A DNA stretch of 64,000 bases. Source: the human T2T-CHM13v2.0 reference genome, Homo sapiens. The stretch lies in the NCBI RefSeq assembly GCF_009914755.1, contig NC_060937.1, one strand, 5' to 3'. Made by a program: the position numbers and the translations under genes. Below the pieces are notes generated by a model, which saw only the letters and a list, made by a program, of their open reading frames with translations, was not told the origin of the DNA and did no database searches. Positions 38,628 through 53,335 of this stretch are shown here, piece after piece. How positions within the stretch are numbered: the stretch's first letter is position 1; each line of letters starts with the position of its first letter.

Positions 38628-38929
38628 CTGTCAGTTTTATCAAATTACAGTAATTTCCAGGCTGCAAGACTAAAAACGTTTTGAAATTGCCAAGACCTTA
38701 TCACAATACAAGACTAGTTTCATAGTTTATATGTCACACAGAAATGTTCTATACTATGATGTTACAGCTTAGCTTCATTCTTACCAAATTTACTAGTACT
38801 GGTTATTGGGGATTCTGTGAAATAGACATATATTCGTGTATATGTTTCATGGTGAAATGTTTCAGGGTTTGGATATGTAATGTTATTTAATGTGTTTTTC
38901 ATTATGTGATCAGCATTACATGGGGCACT

Positions 38930-39365
38930 TGAGACAGAATCAGTCTCATAGTCTAAGGACCTGGTTTTTAGCCTGTATCCCTAGTAGGAGGTTGCATGTA
39001 CTTAGACAAGTGATTTAAATTGCTTGCACTGCAACTTTCTTATCTTTGACATATGAGATGTGCAATTTTGGGCAAGTCACTATCCTCTCTGGGCCTTCGT
39101 TTTTTGTCATCTGTAAAATAGGGATATAATATTACTTATTATATAATATTTTATTATTTAGGGATATTATTTACCCCTAATAAAGTAGAGACATAATATT
39201 ACTTATTATAGGATTGTTGGAAGTTATGAGAGTTAATGTCTCTAAACTGCATAGAGCAATGCCAGGCACATATACACTATAAGCATGTTACCCGCTATTA
39301 CCATCTGTAAAATGAGGTAGTTCTCTGGATCAGTTCTGAAACTTCTTCTAGCTTTTATATCTTTA
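38930..39365 (+). mobile_element. Nested/tandem MIR elements
   Basis: Cores gacaagtgatttaa.., ttgggcaagtcact..cctctctgggcct...catctgtaaaat, and a second catctgtaaaatgagg at 39303. Confidence 0.7.
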
Positions 39366-40309
39366 TTTAATTGAAGGATTAAAAAGACAAACTCATAGTT
39401 TCATATTTTTGGTGGGAAATCACATCAATTTGTTAGCTTGGCCCAAATATGATTGTTATGGTTCACGTTGTTGCTTGCAGGGTCCACCAGGTGTCACAGA
39501 CCTGTCCTGCACAGAGGAGGCACCTTCCCCTTGCTCTCTGACCACAAAATGCTCCTTTTTTCAGGTTCATGGGAAGATTTTTAGGCAAAAATTCCGTGGA
39601 GTCCTGCTCTCAGTACTCGACTTGACTGTCTTACAAGCCTCTTGTTGCCTCAAGCCCAAGGAAGTAACCTCAGGCTGAAAGGCTTTCTAGGGCTCTTTAA
39701 CCTCAGGGTGGACACAAACTCAGATGTCCATCAAACAGCTAAGTCCAAGCTTTAAATACTTTACACAGCTAATTAGGAGTTTAGGGAACACATAATGCGT
39801 TTCGAAATTTAAAATTGGTGCAAGGTAAGAATTAATGAACTCTCATCAGAAGTTTTTCTCCCAGGAGCTCTCTCCAGCCTACAGTCCACCATAACCTGGA
39901 AAGTATGGCTTTCCACAAGTGAACTTCTTTTAGCCTCCCTCCCATACTGGGATTTCAGAACCCCTTCTAAAGTCAATGAGGTAGGAAAGAGGCAGCTGTC
40001 CCTAACACCTCCAGAAAACTGAGATGAAGAAGATGAGTCTCCAACTACAGCCTAGAGATTGTTTCACATTATGGTATGGAGTCATTGACCACTTCTTCGT
40101 TTTCAGTCTGTAGGTTTCAGAAAAGAATATTTGCTTTAGTTTTGTGTATTAAGAGGCTACTTGAAGTATGTGTGTGCGTATGTTTAAAAAAATTACAAAC
40201 TTGCATTAAGGGAAAATTCAAGTTCCCATCTCCAAATAAAATTTGAAAACAAACAAACAAAAACAAAATAAAAATGTAAGGCAGCTTTTAAAACAAGAGT
40301 GGCTATTAA

Positions 40310-40329
40310 GTGTGTGTGTGTGTGTGTGT
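40310..40329. repeat. (GT)10 microsatellite
   Basis: Direct reading. Confidence 0.9.
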
Positions 40330-40424
40330 ATTTGATTATTTACTTTTATTTACATTTACTTTACCACATTCCATTAAAAATTTTGCCCTAATTCATAGAT
40401 TTTGCTTATATAAACCTACCTTCC

Positions 40425-40786
40425 TGTATTGGCTGTTCTTGCATAGCTATGAAGAAATAACTAAGGCTGGGTAATTTATGAAAAAAAGAGATTTAATTGA
40501 CTTACAGTTCTGCAGGCTTTACAGGAAGCATGGTGCTGGCATCTGTTTTGGCTTCTGTGGAGACCTCAGTAATCTTATAATCATGGTGGAGCAGGCATAT
40601 CACATGGCCAGAGCAATGCCACACACTTTTAAATGACCAGATTTCATGGGCACTCACTATCATGCGGACAGCACCAAACCACTAGGAATCTGCCCCCATG
40701 ACCCAAACACCAGGCCCCACCTCCAACATTGGAGATTACATTTCAACATGAGATTTGGTGGGGGGACAAGTATCCAAAGTATATCA
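40425..40786 (-). mobile_element. MSTB-like solo LTR
   Basis: tgtattggctgttcttgc...acaggaagcatggtgctggcatctg...ggccccacctccaacattgg...tatatca; TSD CTTCC/CCTCC. Confidence 0.9.
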
Positions 40787-41004
40787 CCTCCCATCATAGA
40801 TTGTGAAGGTTGCCTTTCATTCTTATTTTGCCTTGTTTGTGATTTAATAACCAGAAGCCTTCTGTACCTGTTTCGGGGGAAGAGTGCTACAGGGGGTTAG
40901 GGTGTGGTGGATATACCTCAGGAAGACATTAAGATACTATAGCTCCCTTATAAAATCAAAACCCTTAAAATACAAACTCCTGCCAAGTAGTTTGTTCCCT
41001 CTTG

Positions 41005-41360
41005 TTAATTTTCATTTTGAAATAGTTTTAAATTTACAGAAAGTTGGAAAAAGAGTACAAGGAGCTCCTTTATACCCTTAATCTAGATTCCCTAATAGTT
41101 AACATTTTATTACCTTTGCTTTTTTCTGAAGCTTATTCTTTTTAAGAAGGAGTTGCAGACATGATGCCCATTACCTTTTCATTTTTCCCCAACATTTTCT
41201 CAAAAAAATTTTCAAACATACAAAAACATTGAAAGAATTTTGCACTGAGTACCTCTAAACCCACTACCTAAATTTACCATTAACATTTTACTGTATATCT
41301 TTCATTAATTCAATTATCTATGTATCCATCCATTAACTCTTCCCATTAATTTTAAACAAT
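41005..41360 (-). mobile_element. Old L1MC/ME 3' end fragments
   Basis: ttttgaaata.tttt.aatttacagaaagttg and ttttcaaacatacaaaaa..ttgaaagaa. Confidence 0.55.
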
Positions 41361-42818
41361 TTTATTGATAAACCAATTTACTTGCTATAAAATTCATCCA
41401 TTAAATAATTTTAATCCATGCTCAAATCACAGGAAATCATTGTACGTTTTGGTAAATTTTAATGAAGCAGCGCATTTCTGGGGATCAATTCCTCTTATCT
41501 TGTCAAAGGGGACTGATCTCAGCTAGATGCCTTAGGTTATATTGTAGCACCTGCTGTCCAGTGACTAAAGTCTGGGAAAATCACATAACCTCTGTAAATG
41601 TCAGTTTTTAGAAATATGAAATGAGGCCATTTGACCCTTTGATTAGTAAATGCATTTATTGTGACCCTAAAATCAAGAAATTCTAAACTTTAGGATTCCT
41701 GTTTCTGGTTATTCCATGGAGAGCTGTATTACACCTTTTGTTTGCTTTGCTCAAAATTAATCCTGATGACATCATGTGGAGTAAGTTAGCCTGAGCATTT
41801 AAGGGGATAAAACACTTCTGCCTTAAGGACTCTTTGAGAGCAAATCATTTATACATAGCATTTGCAGTATTCTTCTGTGAAATGGAATCTTGCTGTTACT
41901 AATGCAGAAGCCTGCTGGTAACTGCTCAGACTGTACATATTAGCCAGCTGGTGGCTGAATCCTGACTATTGAGCTGCCTAGAATTGAAATAATTAATTTT
42001 CCTGGAGAAAGTATATTGTGTTGTAGTTTTTTGGATTTGTGACTATAATCTGTAATCACCAGGGAATTTATTTAGATTTGCAATTATGCTAGAGTTTGTA
42101 ATTTATAGTAAAGAGATAGGAGTTTGCTAAATAGGAGGCATGGAGCTGTGAGTTTTCCATTAATAGTTTTGTGAACCTTGTATAATACCCAAGGTGTTAG
42201 TAGGGAACTATTAGCTAAATAGTCAGTTCATGTTCGTCTTATCTAATGAATGCAGAACTTAACATGTTCACCTAGAGAGTTTCCCATTTATTTTAAATAT
42301 GGTTCTCTTTTGCATGTAAAAAGAGTGTTGCTACAAAATCTTATATTTTAAAGAAGTATAACTACAAATAATAGCTTTCTATTGTTTTAAAATAGATATT
42401 CTAGTAATATAATTCTTATTGTGCCTGAAAAGTACCATTTCTTCACTTATATGCTATATCTTGAATGAAAGAATGTGTGAATTGATTCTTTAAAATTATA
42501 TATTTCTTTTCGATAACAATAAGTTTTTTAAAAAAAGCATATTTATACTAATACTTACTAAATATTTTCAAGAGATATGCATATACAATTATGTCAGTTA
42601 CTTATTGATAAGCCCAGAAAGTAGGTATGACTGATAGAAAGTCATAAAAGTTACCAGGAAGCCTTTATCTTCTTTGTTAAATATAGCTTTCTTTAAACTT
42701 TGTAAGCCTTTAACAAACTTGTGGTTACAATTCTTCAGAATTGTATCATTTATAACATTCAATTTTTCATGAAACGCTGATGCTTACATGACCGACAGTT
42801 ACTGTTTTTTAAAAAGGA

Positions 42819-42921
42819 CGAGCTAGTGGGTGCAGCGCACCAGCATGGCACATGTATACATATGTAACTAACCTGCACAATGTGCACATGTACCCTAAAA
42901 CTTAAAGTATAATAATAAAAA
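42819..42921 (+). mobile_element. Very short young L1 3' end (L1PA2/L1HS non-Ta type)
   Basis: gtgggtgcagcgcaccagcatggcacatgtatac...gcacaatgtgcacatgtaccctaaaacttaaagtataat plus A-tail; TSD AAAAAGGA at 42811-42818 and 42922-42929. Confidence 0.93.
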
Positions 42922-43109
42922 AAAAAGGATTTGGGACATAAAAATAAAATGGGAATTACTCTGTCATAGGGAAAATGCAAGTTCTCTACAAAAGCAATCA
43001 ATTCAGATAAAATGTAACTGAAATATTTCTGATCTTTCTCAGTCATCTGAAAATAAATATGAAACAATTTTCTAATAAAGCAAAAAAAAAAAAAAAAGGA
43101 AATCACCTT

Positions 43110-43491
<382 letters not shown>

Positions 43492-44085
43492 TTATATTCT
43501 TGGGGTTTCACATTAACAGCTGTTTAATCTGAATGTTTGTTTCAGTATGTTTCAGAAGTCAGAATTTGTTTATAATCTTAGAAAGTTAATTCAGGACCTG
43601 TACTGTATGTAATACAACATCCCCAGCAGGATCAAGCTATCATATTCATATTTCTGCAATAAAACATAGAGATATTTCCTCTATATGAGATCAAAAAAGA
43701 CTATGAGTAACTTCCCATCAGTTTGGAAGTTAGTTATCAGTTAATAAAGTTTGGATTAATACAAGTTTTTGGTTTTCAGAACTTTTGAATTTTAGAATTG
43801 TAGATAAAGAATTGAGGACTAAATATGGGCCAATTATTTCATATTGTATTTTGGGTTGAGTTCTACAAAGCCTCTTCAAATGAGCTATTTAAATTAAGGA
43901 TATATTCTTTGAACATCAAAAGTTAAATATAAGGAAGCAGTATATTTTTAAAGGATTTTACATATATGTGTTTCTGATGAATGTATTAACTGCATTCAGT
44001 TAAAGTAAATGAAAATAAGAGTAATCTGCAGCTCTGTTTAATATATTTGAGTCTTTACCTTAATTTTTTCTTTTTCTAAAATTAA

Positions 44086-44474
<389 letters not shown>

Positions 44475-45569
44475 CTCTCCAAGTTTTTAAATAAATTTTG
44501 GTTGTTCATAAGTTGAAAAATAGTAGTATTGCAAATGAGTATTATTATTGCTAAAAATAAATCTTTGATTCCTTTTTCTCATGGAGAATTTTACCTGAGA
44601 TAATTTCAAACTAAATGCCTATTAAACTAAAGAAACATAGAGAAATATATAACAAATTTGGGACCAGAAATTCATATTTAGTAATTGTTATAAGGAAAAA
44701 TTAGATAGTTCTTCATAAATAGAACCGTTGATTATTTGAAGTCAAATATTGTTCCAGGAGATGTGATAAACTAAGAATATAAAAATACCTCCTACGAAAT
44801 GCTTATTAAAGAATAATTAAAGTTTAAATTCTAATACAAAACAGACTTTTGGAAACCTTGATTTGAAGATAATTCAGATAAGGTCAAATAAATGATACTA
44901 AAAAATCATTTTATTTATTTAATTTTTAAAAGAAGTGGATAACAATGTAAAAGATCTTGGAGTTGGTTCTTAGTTTATAAAATAAATGAGATAATCTTTG
45001 AGACATGGATACATAAATGCCCGCTAAATTTTCTTTGAGAACATTTGAAAAAATGACTGTATTTTAATATATCATAGTTAAAATCAGAAATAGTTAAACA
45101 TTTTAGTTTATGTGTAAATTTGGTGGCAAATTTGATTATTTTTAATTGATGAATATGTCCTGCATTTTGTATTTTGTATTTTTATTGATTTACGAAAATG
45201 GAAGCTAATCTGAAACAAATAAGTTTAAAAAATGCATCCAGAATCCAGAATACACAGCAGATATTTGTGGATAGATATATGAATGAATATTGTTAAGTGA
45301 CCTTCTGCGTAATATTGGGATCATGATGTCACTGCATAAACTTACTTTATTTCCTGCAAAACTAACAGTTCAAGCTTCAATTATTTGTTGAATGTAAGTT
45401 ATTCATACTGTAATTGAAGGAAAAGATTTAAAAATTTTAAATCCAGATTTTCAGAGTTCTCTTTAAATAATAAACTAGATCTAGTTTGATAAAAGTGCAT
45501 GTGTATTGAACACTAAAATAATTGTATTTCATTGCTTATTTCTGGAAACATTGAGCTATATTCTGCTAG

Positions 45570-46410
45570 GTAAAAATATCCAATTATTCATTGTATCTAT
45601 TGAATACTCTTTGAACTCAAAATTATACTTATTGAAATTTATCTTGCAGATATACAAGTGATATTTATTATGGCCATGTTAAAAATATCAAAATATCTTA
45701 AATCATATAATGATCATCTTTTGGAAGATTGTCAAATTATATTACATGTATGCAGTGGAATTCAACATAGCTATAAAAATATAAGAAAGATTTCTCTGTA
45801 CTGAAATATTTGTTATTGTTATTTTGGGAGTATGCTGAAATGTTATGTGAAAAAAAGCTGGGTGCAGAAAAATATGTATATTAGGCTACCATTCATATAA
45901 ATAGGGACAGTGGAAAATATATATGGGTTTGTATGTATGTGTTCACATCTGTATCGGCTTTTATATATAAGAAATTGCTCTAAAAAGGGAAAATAACAAA
46001 TTACAATGTTTACCTATTGGAGAGGATGGGAGCTTAGAGGTAAGCAGGATACTTTTTTCTATATATGACTTTATTTTATTTTTTTTTTTACTTTTTATTT
46101 TTAGCTTTTAAGTTCAGGGGTACAAGTGCAGGTTTGTTACATAACTAAACTTCTGTTATGGGGGTTTGTTGTACAGATTATTTCGTCACCCAGGTATTAA
46201 GCTTAGTACCCATTAGTTATTTTTCCTGATCCTCTTCCTCCTCCCACCCTTTATTCTATGAAAGGCCCCAGTGTGTGTTGTTCCCCTCTATGTGTCCATA
46301 TGTCCTCATCATTTAGCTCCCACTTATAAGTGAGTTATACCATTTTATACTTTTTGATGTATATCATATAATAGTATAACTCATTTTTATATTTAACATC
46401 TTTAAAAGTA
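45570..46410 (+). mobile_element. Old L1ME fragment, interrupted by an L1PA
   Basis: gaaatttatcttgcagatata...gcagtggaatt...gctataaaaa...gtgaaaaaaagc..ggtgcagaa. Confidence 0.5.
46070..46334 (-). mobile_element. L1PA12/13-like short 3' end
   Basis: ttttaagttcaggggtac...gggggtttgttgtacagattatttc...tttagctcccacttataagtgag. Confidence 0.9.
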
Positions 46411-46556
46411 CTGTGACTGATTTTTCCCACTTATTCATTCAAGATATTAATCATCTGAAACCCACCTACACTGTGTCTCTACGCTTATGCAGGCTCTAAG
46501 ATCAGAGACCTAAGGAGAATAGGTTATGCTCTCCTGCTAAAAGAGGGAAAGATCAA

Positions 46557-46927
46557 TGTCTCAGTTATTTCAGGTTGCCATAACAAAATGCCATAATTTG
46601 GGTAGTATATAAATACCAGAAGTTTATTTTTTGTGGTTCTAGAAGCTGGCAAGTCCAATATCAAGGCACTAGCAGATTCAGTGTCTGCTTAATATGCACA
46701 TTCTGGTTCATGGAGTGACACTGTCTCCCTATAGCCTCACAAGTTGGAAGGGGCAAACTAGATCCCTTGGGCCTGTTTTAGAAGTGCACTTATTCTATTC
46801 ATGAGGGCTCCAACCTCATGGCCTAATCATCTTCCAAAATACACCACCTTCAAATACCATCACATTGGTGATTGGTTTTTGACATACGAATTTGGGGATA
46901 GGGAATACAAACATTCAGACCATAGCA
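46557..46927 (-). mobile_element. MLT1A-type solo LTR
   Basis: tgtctcagtt...gttgccataacaaaatgccat...catgagggctcc...aaacattcagaccatagca; TSD ATCAA/ACCAA. Confidence 0.88.
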
Positions 46928-48469
46928 ACCAATAGGGCCTTGTTTTTTAATCAAGCAAGAAGTGGTGAATTAATATATTGCATAGTTTTGACATTCTTTT
47001 TCTATGTAGTTTGCTAGGAGTCTCTTTAGATTTAGAATCTGCATAAGAGAAAGACAGGGAATCTTTTTAAATTTATATTATAGATATTAAACCTGATAGT
47101 TAAATTTGTATTTTTACATGTATATTAGGGGATTTCATTAAGTTGGATAAGCTAAGAAAAAACTAACAAAAAGGTTTAAAATATTAGAGCATTATATGAA
47201 TTACAATTTTTAAAAATGCTTATATGCCCAATCCTATGTGGTGAATTGATCAAGTACTTGAAATATTTAGAGATGGTTGATTAAGATGCAAGTTTTATCG
47301 CTTGTTGGCCATTTGACGTTAATCACTTTAAATAAAGTGTAATTTCTTTTCTAATCAGAAAATAATCTTTTGGAAACAATTCTAGCAAATACTACTGCAA
47401 CCTAGGCTGTTATTTGGTATACTATATATTTTTGAATTTCAGTGAACTATAGACCAGACAGAAGTTTGTACTGAATAACTATTTCCAGGGCTCATATGAA
47501 TTGTTTCTTTCTGCCAGTGTATAAAAGAATGTATAGTCATTGTCCTGTGTCTCATTCCATAAAATCTAATGTCCTTCTGATTGTACATAAAAAGATGATG
47601 GGTGCCTGAATGAAACTATTTTTCTTTCTCAAACTGTGAACATAATATCCTATCTATTCATTATTTTGTTCTTTAATATGCTGTAATTTTAAAATGTGTG
47701 ATTTGGCATATTGCAGAGAATATTAAGTGACATCACATATCTATGTTATTGTTATACATCAGAATTATTTTGTCTTTCAGCAGCATGCCTGTTCCAATGG
47801 ATGACCGTACAGTTGTTCCTCAATTTAAAAAGATGTATAAATATTTAATAGAATTAAGACTTACTAAATCTATTTTTGAATATGTACATTCACTAAATAG
47901 CATAAATCTTTTGGAAACAGAGGGTAGAAGAGCACCATCTACCATTTTCCTTTAGCCATCCTATTAATTGAGGCTGCCAAAAACCATGTCTATCATACAG
48001 ATATTGCATTATTCAGCTCCCTAGCAAGGGTTAATCTTTGCCCAATTCTCTCCTAAATCCTCAGAGCAGACCAGGGCTAGGAGATGGGATCAGAGGCCAG
48101 AGGCCAGAGGCTTAAATGCCATGATCCTTATTGAGAGGAGCAATGGAAGAGACCACAGAAAAAGTGCCAAAGTTCAATAGAGTGTTCGTGTGCTGGAAAA
48201 ATTCAGATGGGCCAGAGGCACATAATATAGGATACAGAGCAAAGAAGGAATAAGGACCAAGGAGGTGAGAGCAAGTGCTATTCAGAGAATTGGCCAGGCA
48301 GGAGGAATGAGACGAGTTAGGGGGAATATTGAGTGATTCCATAGTATCAGCTAGTATTTGGGTTGGTATCATACAGGAGATACACTCTCCGACTATTTAA
48401 GGAGAAGGGCAGTGCCAACACCATGTTGATCCTCGACAACGTAATGTTGATTCTTATACTTTGAAGTAA

Positions 48470-49207
48470 TGTATTAGACAAGTTTCTCCAGGGGAACAGA
48501 ACCAAAAGGATGTGAAATAAATAAATAAATAAATAAATATATATATATATATATATATAATGTATATGTGTGTATATGCATATATAAGTGTGTATACACT
48601 TATATAAGTGTGTATATAAGTATATATAAGTGTGTATACACATATATAAGTGTATATGCATATATATATGTGTATATATGTATATGTGTATATATACACA
48701 CATACACAGGTACATACATATAGATGTGTGTATAAATATATATAATTACGTGTGCCTGTATATATATAAAATTTATAATGAAGAATTGGCTCGTGTGATT
48801 ATGGAGCCTAAGAAGTGCCAAGATCTGCAGTTGGTAGGCTGGAGACCCAGGAAAGCTGATGGTATGGTTCCAAAACAAAAGCTAGCAGCCTTGAGACCCA
48901 AGAAGAACTTATATTTTAGTTCAAATCTGGCAAAAAAAAAAAAAAAAAAAAAAAAGAAAAGAAAAGACTAGTGTTTCAGCTCAAGTAGTCAGGCAGTAGG
49001 AATTCCCTCTTATGGTTCTATCTAGGCCTTCCACTGGTAGATGGAGCCAACCCGTATTAGAAAGGGGAATCTCCTGTACTCAATCTATTCCTTCAAATGT
49101 TTGTCTCATCCAGAAAAACTCTCATAGACAAATCCAGAATAATGTTGGATCAAAGGCATAGGCACACTATGTCCTAATCAAGTTGACACATCACATGAAC
49201 CATCACA
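48470..49207 (-). mobile_element. MLT2B-like (ERVL) solo LTR with expanded AT microsatellite
   Basis: tgtattag...ttctccag.ggaacagaacc; gaattggctcgtgtgattatggag; ends caagttgacaca...aaccatcaca. Confidence 0.88.
48515..48775. repeat. (AAAT)n/(TA)n/(TATATG)-type compound repeat
   Basis: Direct reading. Confidence 0.9.
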
Positions 49208-49437
49208 GAGCATCATTATAGAGATATCAGAGCAGACCCTAGTGAATGCCACAGATAAAATCTCCTCAAGGCTGCCTTTCCCTATGGTGGTGTGAAGTTA
49301 CACATTAGCACTGTAAATGTCATAATACATCTCTATTAGATAGGATAGCTGAAAGAACTAAGAAGGTGAGGGAGCTGTCTGACTGGAACCTGGGCCCCCT
49401 TCCATCTACCTTTGAGAAGTCAAACATTTATGAATTA

Positions 49438-50167
<730 letters not shown>

Positions 50168-50379
50168 TAAAACTTAATGGTGATGTTAACACATCGAGTC
50201 CAGGCTTGTTTCTGTGCATATCATGATGTCTCTGTTATGAATACTTAGGATGTGTCCTGTTTTCAAACCATCTCCACCTTAGAAATCTTTCACTTTGTTA
50301 CTCTTCTTCCTCTTTACATTCAACTAAGAGATGGGACTCAGGTGAATTAGTACAACTTTAATTTCAAGTGAGTGCCTTC

Positions 50380-50690
50380 ACATTAAGTTTCCATTAGCCT
50401 TTCACTTAATGAGTATTTTCACGTACATTGTCACATTTGATCATTCAGTGAGGTATGGGGTGAATTATATGAAATTGCTGATATTTGACCATTGTGGAGT
50501 CACAAAAGCAGCAATTTTATGTGGTTGAATATGGCATTATTAAACCTACTTTTGAGATGCAGAAAAGTGAGGCTTAAAGCAAATGTGACTTAAAAAAAAT
50601 CATAAAGCTTTCAGCAGCAGAGCTAAACTAAGTCTCATGACTGCAAAATTCTATGATTTTCCCATATTGCCACTACTGAACTGGCAGCCA
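50380..50690 (-). mobile_element. MIR, interrupted by MADE2
   Basis: tcacatttgatc...gtgaggta ... cattatt...cctacttttgagatg.agaaaagtgaggctta. Confidence 0.5.
50456..50534. mobile_element. MADE2-like mariner MITE (about 80 bp)
   Basis: Imperfect palindrome tgaattatatgaaattgctg...cagcaattttatgtggttga, preceded by TA. Confidence 0.7.
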
Positions 50691-52607
50691 GCCACCCATT
50701 TGTATTTTCCTTAATACAAGTAAATGCTAATTCAAATAGGATGAAATTAATCTGATATTTTAATGACTCAAAACTGTAGATGTTAATAGCTTTCTGTTAT
50801 TTTGTTTTTGATATGGTTCCCATTTCTTTTTCTCACCAATGAAGAATAAACATTGAGATTCTGAAGTCACCATAATTTTTGGTCACCACTGTGTCTGAGA
50901 CACCTCAATTTGCAACAGTTCTACTCTTCATACACTTACTTAGAAATTTTCAAAAATCTTGAAAGCTTTAGAAATCTTTGAGTGCAAAGAATCATCATGA
51001 GAACATATAAGGTTAAACTGTGATTTCGTTTTGATTGTGTTTACAATTATTGAAATTATACCGAAAAGTTCCTTGATACCTTCCAGCAATCTTTGCTGAA
51101 TATACGTGCACTTTGGAAAAATGGGTCCCTGAACTATTTATAGATATACATATTTTATTGATTTTTCAAGCTTCATTTTGAGATATTACTTAGAAACTGC
51201 CAAATATTGGTAAAAAAAAAAAAAAAGAGACATCAGAATCTTTATAAAGTGACCAAAAGTAACGTTGCTGAGATTTGTTGGCAGCTCAAATCCAACTATT
51301 TGCTTATAGAGATCTGTTTTCTTATAAATAAAGCTGATCAGGGAAGCATGAAATTTGAGAGCATTTTCAGGGCCCGTTGGAATTGAAGTCACTACATTCT
51401 GCTTACTCTTTATGATCTGGCTTCTGTGATTTGTCTAAAAAATGTGGAAAAGGAGTGAGTTCAAGAAGAAGCCATTACATGGTCCTGCCTGAGTTATTTG
51501 TAGGTTATAATGGCAGCTTGTAGGGTCACAGATGGCCTTAGGAGGGGGGAAGCAGAGAGGGAAATAGCTCCCCAGCCCCATGTAGTGAAGATAAAGAATG
51601 TCTTCATAAGGTTTTATTTTTTTCACTGTTACTGTTTTTTATCTTTGATTGATAAAAATGAAAATGCCAAAATGAGGGTTAGCTTAATTTAAAGTATAAG
51701 CGTAGTTAGCAGCTTTTTCTAATCACTCCTGTCCATTTAAAAAATAATCCTCATAGGAGTATAAACAGAGGAAGGAGAAATGGAGGATGGGCTTAAGAGA
51801 AAGAGTATTTCACAAATGTCTGCATAGCAAATTCAATTCATCTACCTAGTAGCTCCTTCCATGTTAACCTACAGGTGTTCTCCCCTCCAAAAAAAAGCAT
51901 CTTTTAGGAAGAAACCACCTTAACACTACCTTTAGAAGATTGAACTTCCAGGGATAGGTTGTTTGAGAGAATCACCAAAAGCCATTTTTAATGAATTTTT
52001 AAATTACGCTTTCTCATTCTTATAATAGTGTAGCAGCCACCTTCCATCTACTATGTAACTTATAACAAATAATCAAGTACTAAATTGAATAAATACTGTT
52101 ATTTATCTTGTCTGGGCTAAACAGAAAGAAGAAATAAAATACAGTTACTAAGCATCAAGGATCACAGGACCTTCTATTCCAGTCTAGCAGAGGAAATTTA
52201 CAAGATGCTAAGTAATTAATGCTAAGTGGCATGTTGCTAATATAATTACAATTGAGGTTTTCAGAGAACAGTAAATTCACCACAGGTCAAAGCATTTGTT
52301 GAATTGTATGTGGAGAAGAAATTGGAACTGTGTTTGGCTGCATCTTAAGTTACACTCTGGGAAGCTCATACTCATTTTTAGCAGGATTCTATGTTAAACT
52401 TTCTAAGAGTGGGGAAATACTCTATCTAAAACGTCTCCAGAAAAAAGTTACAAAGGATAAGCAGAGTCTGGTTTTAAAGGGGACACTCAATCTGGGTAGA
52501 AAGGTCTCTGAGTGAGTGAGTTAGAGAGTGGGTGAGTTGAAAAATGTGCTGCTAAGCAGGTTTATGTAACCTTCCTTTTTTTATTCATGATTTAAAAGTA
52601 TGATTTC

Positions 52608-53335
<728 letters not shown>

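Noticed and set aside
34387-39210. Two separate duplications both have a 67-bp period
   Set aside because: The sequences and host elements are unrelated; best explained as coincidence
47743-47955. Acceptor-like ttttgtctttcagcag followed by an open frame (MPVPMDDRTVVPQFKK)
   Set aside because: No convincing donor, no recognisable peptide, AT-rich codon use
48347-48971. Several 80-120 aa Y/I/H-rich ORFs
   Set aside because: They run through the TA/TG repeat, which lacks stops in some frames
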